64,000 nucleotides of DNA from a bacterium (GCA_050951765.1 JBMNJR010000009.1:8547-72546); one strand, 5' to 3'; numbered from the stretch's first letter, positions 11,232 through 21,001 are shown. The notes: generated from the sequence alone by a model not told the origin. A program made the numbers and translations.

Positions 11232-12605
11232 ATGTCTAAAGGGAAATTAAAAGTCGTAATAGTGGGCACTGGTTATGTTGGTCTGACAACAGGTGTTGGT
11301 TTAGCTTATTTAGGCCATGAAGTTACTTGTGTGGATGTTAACCCTGATATAATAAGTAGGTTGCAAAAGGGACAGGCTACAATCTATGAAAATGGCTTGG
11401 CGGAGTTAATGGAAGCAGCTTTTGAGCGCTTAAGTTTTACTACTTCTTTGCCGGAAGTACTACATGGTGCCGACGTAATATTTATAGCGGTAGGTACACC
11501 ATCTAAAGCGAATGGTGATGCTGAGATATCTGCGATAGAGAAGGTAGCTAAGACAATTGGCAATAACCTGAAGGAAGGGGATTCTCCGGTAATAGTTAAT
11601 AAGTCAACCGTTCCCATTGGTTCTTGTCGCCGGGTGGAAACGGTAATTAGAAAAGAATTGGAACGGCGGAATATGCAAGGGCAATTTTTTGTTGTATCTA
11701 ACCCTGAGTTTTTACGGGAAGGTGTTGCTGTTGGCGATACATTATATCCCGACAGGATTGTAATAGGGGCAAATGAAGCAGAAGCGGTTAATAAGTTGAG
11801 GCAGCTTTATGCTCCTATTTTAGAACAAACCTTTACTCCGCCAACTTGCGCGCCGCGGCCGCAAGGTTATGAAAAACCTGCTTTTATTGTTACTGATCCA
11901 GTAAGCGCAGAACTGATAAAATATGCTGCTAATGCCTTTCTGCCGATGAAGATTTCTTTCATTAATGAGATTGCGGGGCTGGCAGAAAAGGTAGGGGCCG
12001 ATATTAAGGAAGTGGTACGGGGTATTGGTACCGATAAGCGTATCGGGCCTCACTTTTTAGGAGCTGGCATAGGCTGGGGCGGCAGCTGTTTTGGGAAGGA
12101 TACTAGGGCTATTTTAGCTACTGCAAAGCAGTATAATGTTCCCTTGGATTTAGTGGAAACTGCTATTGCTGTCAACTATCGGCAGCGTCTAAGTGCTGTG
12201 GAAAAACTCCAGGGGGTATTGCAAAATATCCGTGGCTGTACTATCGGTATTTTAGGTCTTGCTTTTAAACCCGGTACAGATGACCTGCGGGATTCCCCGG
12301 CTATAGATATTATTGAGAGGCTATTAGAGTTTGGTGCTTTTGTTAAGGTTTATGACCCAGTAGCTATGGCAAATTTCCAGAAGCAGTATGGCAATTTGCC
12401 AGTGGAATATGCAGATGGTGTAGACGGTCTTGGACAAGGCTGTGATGCATTGTTACTAGTAACAGATTGGCCTCAATTTGTCGATATAAATTGGAAACAG
12501 GTTGGTGCTGTTATGCGGCGGAAGGTCTTGATTGATGGCAGAAATATGTTTGACAGACATGAACTTGAACAGGCAGGGTTTGTTTACCGGGGGGTGGGCA
12601 GGTAA
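11232..12605 (+). CDS. ugd: UDP-glucose 6-dehydrogenase
   Basis: GTGYVG, NPEFLREG, GWGGSCFGKD, FKPGTDDLRDS. Confidence 0.93.
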   Translation: MSKGKLKVVIVGTGYVGLTTGVGLAYLGHEVTCVDVNPDIISRLQKGQATIYENGLAELMEAAFERLSFTTSLPEVLHGADVIFIAVGTPSKANGDAEISAIEKVAKTIGNNLKEGDSPVIVNKSTVPIGSCRRVETVIRKELERRNMQGQFFVVSNPEFLREGVAVGDTLYPDRIVIGANEAEAVNKLRQLYAPILEQTFTPPTCAPRPQGYEKPAFIVTDPVSAELIKYAANAFLPMKISFINEIAGLAEKVGADIKEVVRGIGTDKRIGPHFLGAGIGWGGSCFGKDTRAILATAKQYNVPLDLVETAIAVNYRQRLSAVEKLQGVLQNIRGCTIGILGLAFKPGTDDLRDSPAIDIIERLLEFGAFVKVYDPVAMANFQKQYGNLPVEYADGVDGLGQGCDALLLVTDWPQFVDINWKQVGAVMRRKVLIDGRNMFDRHELEQAGFVYRGVGR

Positions 12606-13579
12606 TGTTTTATAATAAAGTTATGGTCACCGGTGGTGCCGGTTTTATTGGCAGCCATTTGGTGGACAGGCTTTTAGCCGATGGTTGTGCTGTACTTTGC
12701 GTTGATGATTTCAATGATTATTATGATCCAGACTTAAAGAGAGAAAATGTGAAACAGCATTTACAGGATGAGTTTTACCGGTTGGTAGAAGGTGACATTA
12801 GAGATAAAGAACTAATTTCTAAACTAGTAAAGGAGTGGCAGCCAGAGGCTATCGTACATTTGGCAGCCAGGGCAGGAGTTAGGCCTTCATTAAGTGAACC
12901 GGAATTATATCAGGCTACTAATGTGGCGGGGACATTAAATCTTTTCGAAGCCGCTAAAGATAATGGGGTAAAGAAATTTGTTTTTGGTTCATCTAGCTCT
13001 GTATATGGGTTGAATAATAAGGTACCTTTTGCGGAAACAGACCCTTTGTTAAAGCCGGCTTCCCCTTATGCAGCTACTAAGATAGCCGGGGAAGCGCTGG
13101 CACATACCTATGCTCATTTATATAATATTTCGGTGGTAGTGTTACGGTTTTTTACCGTTTATGGTCCACGGCAGCGGCCTGATTTAGCTATAAGAAAGTT
13201 TGCCGAAAAAATGCTGCGAGGTGAAGAAATAACTTTATTTGGTGATGGCAGCAGTGCTAGAGATTATACATATATAGGCGATATTGTTAATGGTATTGTA
13301 GCTGCTATAAATTATGATGGTTCAAAATATGAGGCCTTTAATTTGGGAAATTCTTTTCCTGTTAAGCTCATTGAATTAGTAAGGAATTTAGAAGAGGTTA
13401 TTGGTGTGAAGGCAAAGATAATTTGGGCTCCTGATCAACCGGGAGATGTGCCAATTACCTTTGCGGATATTGGAAAAGCGGCTGAATTGCTGGGTTATTA
13501 TCCGGAAACGTCAATTAATGAAGGACTTGCAAAATTTGTTCAATGGTTGAAGAACTACAATACTGAGGTGAACCGTTAA
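12605..13579 (+). CDS. UDP-glucuronate 4-epimerase-like NAD-dependent epimerase
   Basis: TGGAGFIG, HLAARAGVRPS, YAATK, RFFTVYGPRQRPDLA. Confidence 0.9.
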   Translation: MFYNKVMVTGGAGFIGSHLVDRLLADGCAVLCVDDFNDYYDPDLKRENVKQHLQDEFYRLVEGDIRDKELISKLVKEWQPEAIVHLAARAGVRPSLSEPELYQATNVAGTLNLFEAAKDNGVKKFVFGSSSSVYGLNNKVPFAETDPLLKPASPYAATKIAGEALAHTYAHLYNISVVVLRFFTVYGPRQRPDLAIRKFAEKMLRGEEITLFGDGSSARDYTYIGDIVNGIVAAINYDGSKYEAFNLGNSFPVKLIELVRNLEEVIGVKAKIIWAPDQPGDVPITFADIGKAAELLGYYPETSINEGLAKFVQWLKNYNTEVNR

Positions 13580-14724
13580 TGGTTGTCGCTAACCCCAAAC
13601 TTATTCATGTATCAACAGTAGGTGTGACTGCTACAAGATTATTACTTCCGCAGTGTAATTATTTTCGTGAACAGGGGTTTGATGTTGGTTTTGTTTTTAG
13701 CCCTGGAGCAGAGGCGCAGGAATTACGGGCTAAGGGTTTTTCTGTGGGTGAGATTGCTATAGATAGGAAGATCGCCATATTTAAAGATTTACGGAGTATT
13801 AAAGAGTTAGTTAGCTATTTTAAGCAAGAAAAACCTGATATTGTTCATACCCATACATCTAAAGCAGGCATAGCCGGTCGGGTGGCAGCTTATTCAGCCC
13901 AGGTACCGGTTATTATTCATACGGTACATGGTTTTCCTTTTCATGAAGGAATGCCGGTGAAACAACAACTTATATATCAGAATTTAGAGCGAATAGCAGC
14001 AAGGTTATCTACCGCAGTATTGTCACAGAGTAAAGAAGATGTTGAAAATGCAGCCCGGCTTAGGATTAAATCTAAAAGTGGCGGGCTTGTTCATATTGGA
14101 AATGGTATTGATCTTACGAAGTTTGCGCCTGAACAGTTTAGCTTAGATCATCGCCGGGAGATTAAGCAAAAGTTAGGCTTAGCGCAAGATACGTTAGTAT
14201 TAATTACAGTGGCTAGATTAAACCCCTTAAAGGGTTATTTTGATCTGATCGATGCAGCAGCTAAGTTACCTAAAGGGAACTGGCATTTGTTATGTATTGG
14301 TGAGGACGAAGGACAGTTAAAGGAGGTTCAAGAAAAGATAAAGACACTAGGTTTACAGAACCGAGTGTCATTGTTAGGTCGGAGAAATGATGTTGTTGAT
14401 ATTATGTCCATTGCCGATATTTTTATTTTGGCTTCTTATCGGGAAGGTGTTCCCCGGTCAGTTATCGAGGCCCAGGCAATGGAACTCCCAGCGGTAGTGA
14501 CTGATGTGCGAGGGTCAAGGGAAATTGTGGTAGATAACGAAACAGGATTTATTGTCCCCCCCCATGATCCTGAAGCTTTAGCGCGGGGTATAAAAAAGCT
14601 GATGGAAGATAAACAGATAAGACAAAAGTTTGGTCGAAGAGGAAGAAAACGTATGCAAGAAAAATTTGATGAAAAAAAGGTTTTTGAACTGATCATAGCA
14701 GTATATAAGCGATTTCTGATATAG
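13579..14724 (+). CDS. Glycosyltransferase family 4
   Basis: HTHTSKAG, SYREGVPRSVIEA. Confidence 0.9.
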   Translation: MVVANPKLIHVSTVGVTATRLLLPQCNYFREQGFDVGFVFSPGAEAQELRAKGFSVGEIAIDRKIAIFKDLRSIKELVSYFKQEKPDIVHTHTSKAGIAGRVAAYSAQVPVIIHTVHGFPFHEGMPVKQQLIYQNLERIAARLSTAVLSQSKEDVENAARLRIKSKSGGLVHIGNGIDLTKFAPEQFSLDHRREIKQKLGLAQDTLVLITVARLNPLKGYFDLIDAAAKLPKGNWHLLCIGEDEGQLKEVQEKIKTLGLQNRVSLLGRRNDVVDIMSIADIFILASYREGVPRSVIEAQAMELPAVVTDVRGSREIVVDNETGFIVPPHDPEALARGIKKLMEDKQIRQKFGRRGRKRMQEKFDEKKVFELIIAVYKRFLI

Positions 14725-15138
14725 TTTAGTTTGGAGAGGAAAAAGGGGACAGTTCATACGCGTTACCGCACTACTAACCGAAAACAGCAACTACGCACTT
14801 ATATCTTAAATAATATTGTTACTATTTTTGGAGGGGTTAATTTATTTCTCTATTATTCCCAGCAAAGGATACAAAAAACACCACTATCCTTTGCAATGAG
14901 ATAGTTAAGATCCCCTCCGTGGTTATCATCCTAAAGTATTTATGCACTAAACTGGGAAATGCAATGTTATCTATGGCATCTTCAGGATATTTAGATGATA
15001 TATACACCCACGCTAACTTCGGCTTCAATTGTAAATTTTAATGTCAAATGCCTTTCTCCCACCAGCTTTTTCAATAAGGGGATTATGGGGCACCTAACCC
15101 ATTAATGAATCTTTTCCACTGGCGCAAGGAAAGGAAGA

Positions 15139-16329
15139 CTATTGTCTCCTTCCCACCCACTTACTATATAGCTTCCTGCCGCTATTGGAGATAGCCAACA
15201 GGGTGGGGCCGAGGAAGTGGGTGTGTTTTATTTGCACTGCCTTTTGGGGACACAGTTCGTGACAGCAGAGGCATTCGATGCAAACTGTGTAGTCGATATT
15301 TTTTGTTTTTTTGTTAATAGCATTGACGGGACAGCTGCCGACACAGATGTTACAGTGTTTGCAGCTTTTTTTATCGATCACCGGCCGGGTTTTTAACAGG
15401 TGCAGAATGTAATTAAAGGAAAAGAGGGTCTGGCTGCGCTCCGGTACCCCGGGGGGAATGTTAAAGTCATTTACGGCAGGGAAAGAGAATTGATCACCCA
15501 AAAGGGTAATTTTTTCAAGGTCTCCTTCGCCAAAATTTTGGGCACGGGCAACTGCTAAGGAGGGAATTTTAGCTGGCTCGATCCCGATCAGCTTGGTAGC
15601 TACTGTATCTAGAGCTAGTGCGTCAGGGCTGATCAGCACGGCACCCACCTGTCTGGGGCTGCCGGCAGTTGGCCCAGCCCCTTCCATAGCTACAATACCG
15701 TCCATGATATGCAGGCCTATATTGCATGCCCGGTTTATCGCCAATAAAATCTGGGCAAAGGATTCCTGGTTCGGGGCCAGCCGGTGCAATTCGGCCTTTC
15801 GGAGTCCGGGGATACATCCAAAGAGGTTTTTGATTGCCCCGGTATAGGTGGCTGCCATATGGGTTTTTAGTTTAGGCAGGTTGATCACAAAGTCTGCTTC
15901 CCGGATAGGTTTGGCAATATGTAAGGTAGGCAGTATTTGCTCAGAGCCGGTTTGGACCGGGACTGTGCCGTGGCGGTCAAAGTTTTTGATTATTGCCCCT
16001 TCTTCAGCAGCTACTTGTTCCATTCCGGTTATTTTTAAGGTTTGGGCGGTTACAGCCCGACCAATAATGGCACCGCCGGAGCTGTCGCCGATCCACACTT
16101 CGCAGCCTTGTTTTTTTAATAACCGTGTTAGGGCTCGAACCAACTCTGGGTGGGTGGTGGCAGCTGCTTCCGGAGGTAGAGGGCTGATTAGGTTTGGCTT
16201 AAGTAAAACACGCATGCCCGGGCGCAGCCATTGTTCCCATCCCCCTAAAAGATCAATACCCCGCTGCAGGTTTTGTTCTAATTCGGTCACATCATAGCTG
16301 GTGTTATTTAATAAGACTACTTGGCTCAT
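15139..16329 (-). CDS. DUF362 domain protein with C-terminal 2x[4Fe-4S] ferredoxin domain
   Basis: LLKPNL, TTHPE, LPKLKTH, KNLFG; CxxCxxCxxxCP twice. Confidence 0.88.
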   Translation of the reverse strand: MSQVVLLNNTSYDVTELEQNLQRGIDLLGGWEQWLRPGMRVLLKPNLISPLPPEAAATTHPELVRALTRLLKKQGCEVWIGDSSGGAIIGRAVTAQTLKITGMEQVAAEEGAIIKNFDRHGTVPVQTGSEQILPTLHIAKPIREADFVINLPKLKTHMAATYTGAIKNLFGCIPGLRKAELHRLAPNQESFAQILLAINRACNIGLHIMDGIVAMEGAGPTAGSPRQVGAVLISPDALALDTVATKLIGIEPAKIPSLAVARAQNFGEGDLEKITLLGDQFSFPAVNDFNIPPGVPERSQTLFSFNYILHLLKTRPVIDKKSCKHCNICVGSCPVNAINKKTKNIDYTVCIECLCCHELCPQKAVQIKHTHFLGPTLLAISNSGRKLYSKWVGRRQ

Positions 16330-16633
16330 AGTTTCCCCTGCCTTTCTGAGTTTGTTTCCTTCGTTAAATACCTTGTTCTATTATTGCTACATATTTTCCT
16401 CTATATTACCTGTACTAAAAATTAAGAGTTCAACTGCAAGATAGCAAGTATCAATAGAAAAATGATTTATAAAGGTTGCCAGTATAATGTAGGAAGGGTT
16501 TGGCAGGATTGCTTGGCCCTTTTTTTATGGATTGTTTATGGATTTTGCCTCATTTTCTCATTGCTTCGCGGGAGTGGTCATGTTAAAATGGAGATGGTAA
16601 AAAATGTATAGGGATTAAAGGTTGAGATGTATT

Positions 16634-16835
16634 ATGGGAATCGACTTAATGGTGATGAAAAATATAGCTGAGCACTATAAACTACAGCTGTTGGTTTTGC
16701 CGGGAAGTTATGGAACAGAAGATTTTCCACAGGGGGAACTGCTTGCGGTATTATTATGATTCGGGAAAATTCCGTCGCTATCGGGATTGCTATGCTGACT
16801 ATATAAAGATTATTAATGAGTACATAAACAATTGA
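16634..16835 (+). pseudogene. Collapsed relic of MNT nucleotidyltransferase antitoxin (possibly with HEPN toxin C-terminus)
   Basis: IAEHYKLQLLVLPGSYGTEDF, then in another frame LRYYYDSGKFRRYR..DYIKIINEYINN*. Confidence 0.5.
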
Positions 16836-16869
16836 GGACATGGGCGAAAAAAATGGGGAGGTTGTAGCA

Positions 16870-17820
16870 ATGACAGATAAACAAGCCCTTGCCGCTGCCA
16901 CGGTAGTGGAAGTTTGTATGGGTGCGAAAGCAGGGGAAACGGTGTTGGTTGTCAGTGATGAAGGGACAGAACCGATTGGCAGGGCTTTTGTTGCTGCTGC
17001 TCGCAAGGCAGGTTTAGAGGCGGTGCTCATGTTAATGCAAGCCCGGGAGATTTCCGGCGCCGAACCGCCGGCTGCTGTGGCGCAAGCCATGAGCGCTGTG
17101 GATATTTGCTTGCTGGCCACAACAAAATCATTATCCCACACCAGTGCCCGGCGGGAAGCTTGCGCCCGGGGAGCTAGAATTGCTTCCCTACCGGGTATTA
17201 CCGAAGAAATGATGAATCGCACCTTAACAGGAGATTATGCGGAGATTGCTGCAGTCAGTAAAAAGGTGGCAGAGATTATGGATAAGGCTGCAACAGCCCG
17301 GGTAGTTAGCCCGCTGGGTACAGATATCACCATGAGTCTTGTGGGGCGCAAAGCAAAGCCCGATACCGGCATACTCACTCAGAGGGGAGATTTTGGCAAT
17401 CTTCCCGCTGGCGAGGCTTATATTGCGCCGGTGGAAGGTACCGCCCAGGGTATAATTGTAGTTGATGGTTCGATGTTGGGCGGTTTGATGGCAGAGCCGT
17501 TAAAATTGGTGGTGGAGGATGGCTATGTGGTATTTGTGGCAGGGGGCGCAGATGCGGAGAAACTGCGGGGGATTTTGGAAAAATACGGCCGCGAAGCGGG
17601 GAATATTGCCGAATTAGGTGTGGGAACCAATCCGCTGGCTGTGCTTACCGGTAATGTATTGGAAGATGAAAAGGTAGCCGGTACGGTGCACCTGGCTATA
17701 GGCAACAATATGGGCTTTGGCGGCAAAGTAGATGTACCGGTACACTTAGATGGTGTTTTGAAAAATCCTACCCTTTATTTGGATGCGCAGGTTGTGGTCA
17801 AAGACGGGAAATTGGTGTAA
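16870..17820 (+). CDS. Aminopeptidase (M29/leucyl aminopeptidase T-like)
   Basis: NLPAGE, AELGVGTN, LEDEKV.GTVHLAIG, HLD; ATG after GGGGAGG. Confidence 0.88.
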   Translation: MTDKQALAAATVVEVCMGAKAGETVLVVSDEGTEPIGRAFVAAARKAGLEAVLMLMQAREISGAEPPAAVAQAMSAVDICLLATTKSLSHTSARREACARGARIASLPGITEEMMNRTLTGDYAEIAAVSKKVAEIMDKAATARVVSPLGTDITMSLVGRKAKPDTGILTQRGDFGNLPAGEAYIAPVEGTAQGIIVVDGSMLGGLMAEPLKLVVEDGYVVFVAGGADAEKLRGILEKYGREAGNIAELGVGTNPLAVLTGNVLEDEKVAGTVHLAIGNNMGFGGKVDVPVHLDGVLKNPTLYLDAQVVVKDGKLV

Positions 17821-17908
17821 GGGCATAACTGTGATATATATTTTGCGTCTGCAGGTGAAATAATGATTTAGACTGGGGAGATAAAAGTGGAAGGAAGGAG
17901 GTTTTAGC

Positions 17909-18667
17909 ATGCCTATTTGCCAAGTTAAAGGGGTTGGCATTCATTATCTGGAGGCAGGAGTGCGGGTGCAAGGGAAACCGAATATTGTCTTTATCCATGG
18001 CGCCACAAGCCATGGTCAAAAGTGGGCACACCAGTTAGATGCCATAGCAGATATTGCTTACGGGGCAGCCCTAGATCTGCCCGGTCATGGCCGGTCAGAA
18101 GGCAATCCCTGTGATCAGGTGTTCTTATACCGGGAGTGGGTAAAGGAGTTTGTCAGTGCGTTAGATCTTGCCAATCCGATCATAGCCGGTCATTCCATGG
18201 GTGGCGCCATTGCTATGGATTATGCTTTGAAATATCCGGAACAGGTGCAAGGGTTGGTTTTGGTCGGCACGGCACCACAATTTCAGGTGGCAGCAGGATT
18301 TTTAGAAGAATTGCGGCAAGGGAAATTTGATGAAAAGCGAGCCCGCAGCGGCTACTCTGCTTCTACGCCGGCAGAGTTTATTGATAAAATGATTGAAGAG
18401 AGTAAAGCTGTGGATCCATGGGTACGGTATACAGATTACTCTGCCTGTTCCCATTTTGTAGTGGGAGATCTGGGGGAGATTAAAGTTCCCACCTTGATTA
18501 TTTGTGGCGTAGAGGATATCAGTACCCCGCCCCAGGCATCCCGCTATTTGGCAGATCATATTAGCGATGCGAGGCTTGTTTTAGTGGAAAGGGCAGCCCA
18601 TAATGTGATGGTGGAACAGCCACAAAAGGTAAATCAGGCGCTTGTTGATTTTTTACAGCGTTTTTAG
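17909..18667 (+). CDS. Alpha/beta hydrolase
   Basis: DLPGHG, GHSMGG nucleophile elbow, terminal His. Confidence 0.9.
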   Translation: MPICQVKGVGIHYLEAGVRVQGKPNIVFIHGATSHGQKWAHQLDAIADIAYGAALDLPGHGRSEGNPCDQVFLYREWVKEFVSALDLANPIIAGHSMGGAIAMDYALKYPEQVQGLVLVGTAPQFQVAAGFLEELRQGKFDEKRARSGYSASTPAEFIDKMIEESKAVDPWVRYTDYSACSHFVVGDLGEIKVPTLIICGVEDISTPPQASRYLADHISDARLVLVERAAHNVMVEQPQKVNQALVDFLQRF

Positions 18668-18786
18668 AAATCCCGCTTTATGAGGAATGGTTGCGTCAAT
18701 TTGTTTCGCATGGAGATCTCAGGGAACGTCAGCTTTTCCCTCCACTCCATACAATTATGAATAACAAGTAAGAATCATTCATTATA

Positions 18787-18833
18787 AGCATTAAAAGGGG
18801 CCGCTGTATAATACAGCAGCCCCTTTTAATGCT
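18787..18833. terminator. Bidirectional intrinsic terminator between convergent genes
   Basis: AGCATTAAAAGGGGC..GCCCCTTTTAATGCT long hairpin. Confidence 0.8.
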
Positions 18834-18846
18834 CCGGTTGGCTCAC

Positions 18847-19518
18847 TTACAGAAGAATTTCAATCTCACTATCAGCCCGCAGTTCTTCAATCAAGGCGCT
18901 GAGTAATTGGTTAGATTTCTCTTGCATTACTTGTAATTTTAGCCCTGCCTTTACCTCTTCGAAATCCGGCGCGTCTTCTGCTTCGCCATAATAAAGTTCA
19001 TATAATTGCTGTAGCTCTTCATCTGTTACAGTAATGCTTTCTTGGTCAATATTTGCCTCCAGATATTTATTGAGCAACAGGGAATTAGTGATATCATTTT
19101 TCAGGTCATCCAGCGTAATATTAGCAGCAGTCAGTGCTTGTTCAAACTCCTCTTCATTAGTAAAGCTTTCTTTAATACTGTCGATTTCCGCAGCAATGGT
19201 TTCATCATCAATGGTGATATTATCTTTTTTTGCCTGCTGGAGGATTATGGTTGTATTGATCATGTCATTTAAAACCTGTTGTTGTAGCATCTCAACCATT
19301 TCTTCATCTGCATCTTCCATGTTTAATCCCATCATGGCATAATTTGCTTTCATTTGTTCGTAATACAGATCAAATTTTTCCTTTGCTATTTCTTCACCGT
19401 TTACTATGGCTACCATATCGTCAATTTCTTTTGGTTTATTTATATTACAGGAGGCCAATGCGATGGGAAGGGTCATTAATAAAATGAGGCCAAATGCCAC
19501 TGCTCTTTTTGTAGTCAA
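18847..19518 (-). CDS. SurA N-terminal-domain lipoprotein (PrsA-like foldase without PPIase domain)
   Basis: Lipobox LASC, VAIVNGEEI, helical acidic body. Confidence 0.8.
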   Translation of the reverse strand: MTTKRAVAFGLILLMTLPIALASCNINKPKEIDDMVAIVNGEEIAKEKFDLYYEQMKANYAMMGLNMEDADEEMVEMLQQQVLNDMINTTIILQQAKKDNITIDDETIAAEIDSIKESFTNEEEFEQALTAANITLDDLKNDITNSLLLNKYLEANIDQESITVTDEELQQLYELYYGEAEDAPDFEEVKAGLKLQVMQEKSNQLLSALIEELRADSEIEILL

Positions 19519-19651
19519 AACTAAACCTCCTTGCTGGTTTAAGCTAATAAAAGTTTAATTCCATAGGGCTAGTATACCTTGTGGTTTTTTCTTTGTCAAG
19601 GTAAATGGGATTATATGCCATTTGGCAGGGGATCAAAAATTTTTCATCAGT

Positions 19652-19694
19652 GGTAACATTTGTTACCGCTTTTAGACAAGAAGGTATTTATAAT
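19652..19694 (+). promoter_or_regulatory. Crp/Fnr (HcpR-like) palindrome plus -10 box
   Basis: GGTAACA-TT-TGTTACC at 19652-19667, TATAAT at 19689-19694. Confidence 0.65.
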
Positions 19695-19735
19695 ACTAAT
19701 TAAGTTAATTAGTTATAAAAGGAGGTTGTCGTAAA

Positions 19736-20065
19736 ATGGCAGCGAAAACTTATCACTTTGCCCAGTCAGCAGGAAGGTTGATTGAAAAAATTGTCGATGA
19801 TGATAACTTGGTTATCAATCACATGATTCTTCCCCAAGGGGAGTCATTGCCCGTGCATTATTCCAACTCCAATGTTTACATGATCGTGGTGCAGGGTAAT
19901 TTAACGCTCAGCTTAAATGACCAGGAGCCGCAGCAATATGCTGCAGGCAGTATAATTAATATCCCTTATAAGACGAAAATGAATGCTACAAATTGTCAGG
20001 AAGAAAGATTGGAATTTTTTGTTGTCAAAGCACCGAATCCGAAAGATTATTCTAAGCAAAGCTAA
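19736..20065 (+). CDS. Cupin domain protein
   Basis: NHMILPQGESLPVHYSNSNVYMIV..FFVVKAP; strong RBS. Confidence 0.85.
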   Translation: MAAKTYHFAQSAGRLIEKIVDDDNLVINHMILPQGESLPVHYSNSNVYMIVVQGNLTLSLNDQEPQQYAAGSIINIPYKTKMNATNCQEERLEFFVVKAPNPKDYSKQS

Positions 20066-20087
20066 TATTAACCAGGGAGGAATAAAA

Positions 20088-20145
20088 ATAGCTAACTCTA
20101 TGTTTAGTTATCAAAGTGAACAAACTGCAGGAGGAAAGGCTGCAG
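20088..20145 (+). pseudogene. hcp: 5' relic of hybrid cluster protein / hydroxylamine reductase
   Basis: RBS AGGGAGG, then ATA-ANSMFSYQSEQTAGGK vs Hcp MFCYQCEQTAGGKGC. Confidence 0.65.
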
Positions 20146-20196
20146 CAGGATCTATTGATTTATCAATTAAAGGGAATTGGGTTTTATGGCCAACAG

Positions 20197-20361
20197 ATTT
20201 CGGCATCCCCGGTCGGGCGGCCATGCTCAGTCGCAGCTTTGCAAAATAGGCTAGCCCCATCTCATTAGCGCACCACGAGGATAGGGTGCACCAAGGTCAG
20301 CACTTCCGTATAAGTATAGAGGTTCCATGGGCTCACGACCCCGCTCGACAAGGAACCGGAA
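20197..20361 (-). ncRNA. 6S RNA-like rod-shaped RNA
   Basis: Ends pair, large central bubble with GAACC..GGAAG, apical hairpin GTGCACC/GGTGCGC; G-U pairs favour the minus strand. Confidence 0.55.
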
Positions 20362-20527
20362 AGAGCGCCAGAAGTGATAGACAATTATTTTTCATTCTTC
20401 TGCTGGTGCTGTATACCGGCAGCAGCGTCTACTTTTTAAATAGCCTGCCCCTTTTTTGTGGTTTTTTTGCCTTTCTCTGCATATAATGCAGCAATTGTGA
20501 TTTTGCAGGGGAAGGGGGAGAGCTGAT

Positions 20528-20809
20528 TTGTGGCAGTGGAACGAGATTGCCGGGGTTTCGGTAACAGGGGTGATTATTGGATTGGTGGAGTTGGCAAAGC
20601 GGGCGGGCCTAAATCCCCGGTATGGCGGGCATTTGGCTTGGCTGTTGGGGGTGTTAATTGTAATGGGGCATGGAATTTTAGGCGGCTCTGAGTACAATTT
20701 GATTGAATTGTTCTTACTTGGTTCCGCATTGGGTTTGTCTGCTTCCGGTTTGTATGGTATTGGAAAAATCCACTATGAAAACTATAAGAATTGGAAAAAG
20801 AAAAATTAA
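20528..20809 (+). CDS. Small holin-like membrane protein
   Basis: IIGLVELAK..GL.P.Y and GLSASGLY motifs, 3 hydrophobic segments. Confidence 0.65.
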   Translation: MWQWNEIAGVSVTGVIIGLVELAKRAGLNPRYGGHLAWLLGVLIVMGHGILGGSEYNLIELFLLGSALGLSASGLYGIGKIHYENYKNWKKKN

Positions 20810-21001
20810 GCGTTAAAGGGCCTGTCATCCCCACTTTTTGCGGGGTTTTTTTCTGGGGATAATTAGTTCAATCTCTCCGGGGCATACTCAAGGTAGGGCT
20901 GAAAATGGCTGTCCTTGACGCTTGTCATTGGCCAGTGTAAAATGGAGGAAGTGGAAAATACCAGAAATTTAAGCTGTTGTAACTAAAAGGTGGGTATACA
21001 A

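Noticed and set aside
16632-17222. 196-aa antisense ORF, and similar shadow ORFs such as 55229-55912 and 32335-32859
   Set aside because: They overlap well-supported genes on the opposite strand and have no recognisable motifs
20528-20809. Prophage
   Set aside because: No integrase, structural or lysin genes around the holin-like ORF
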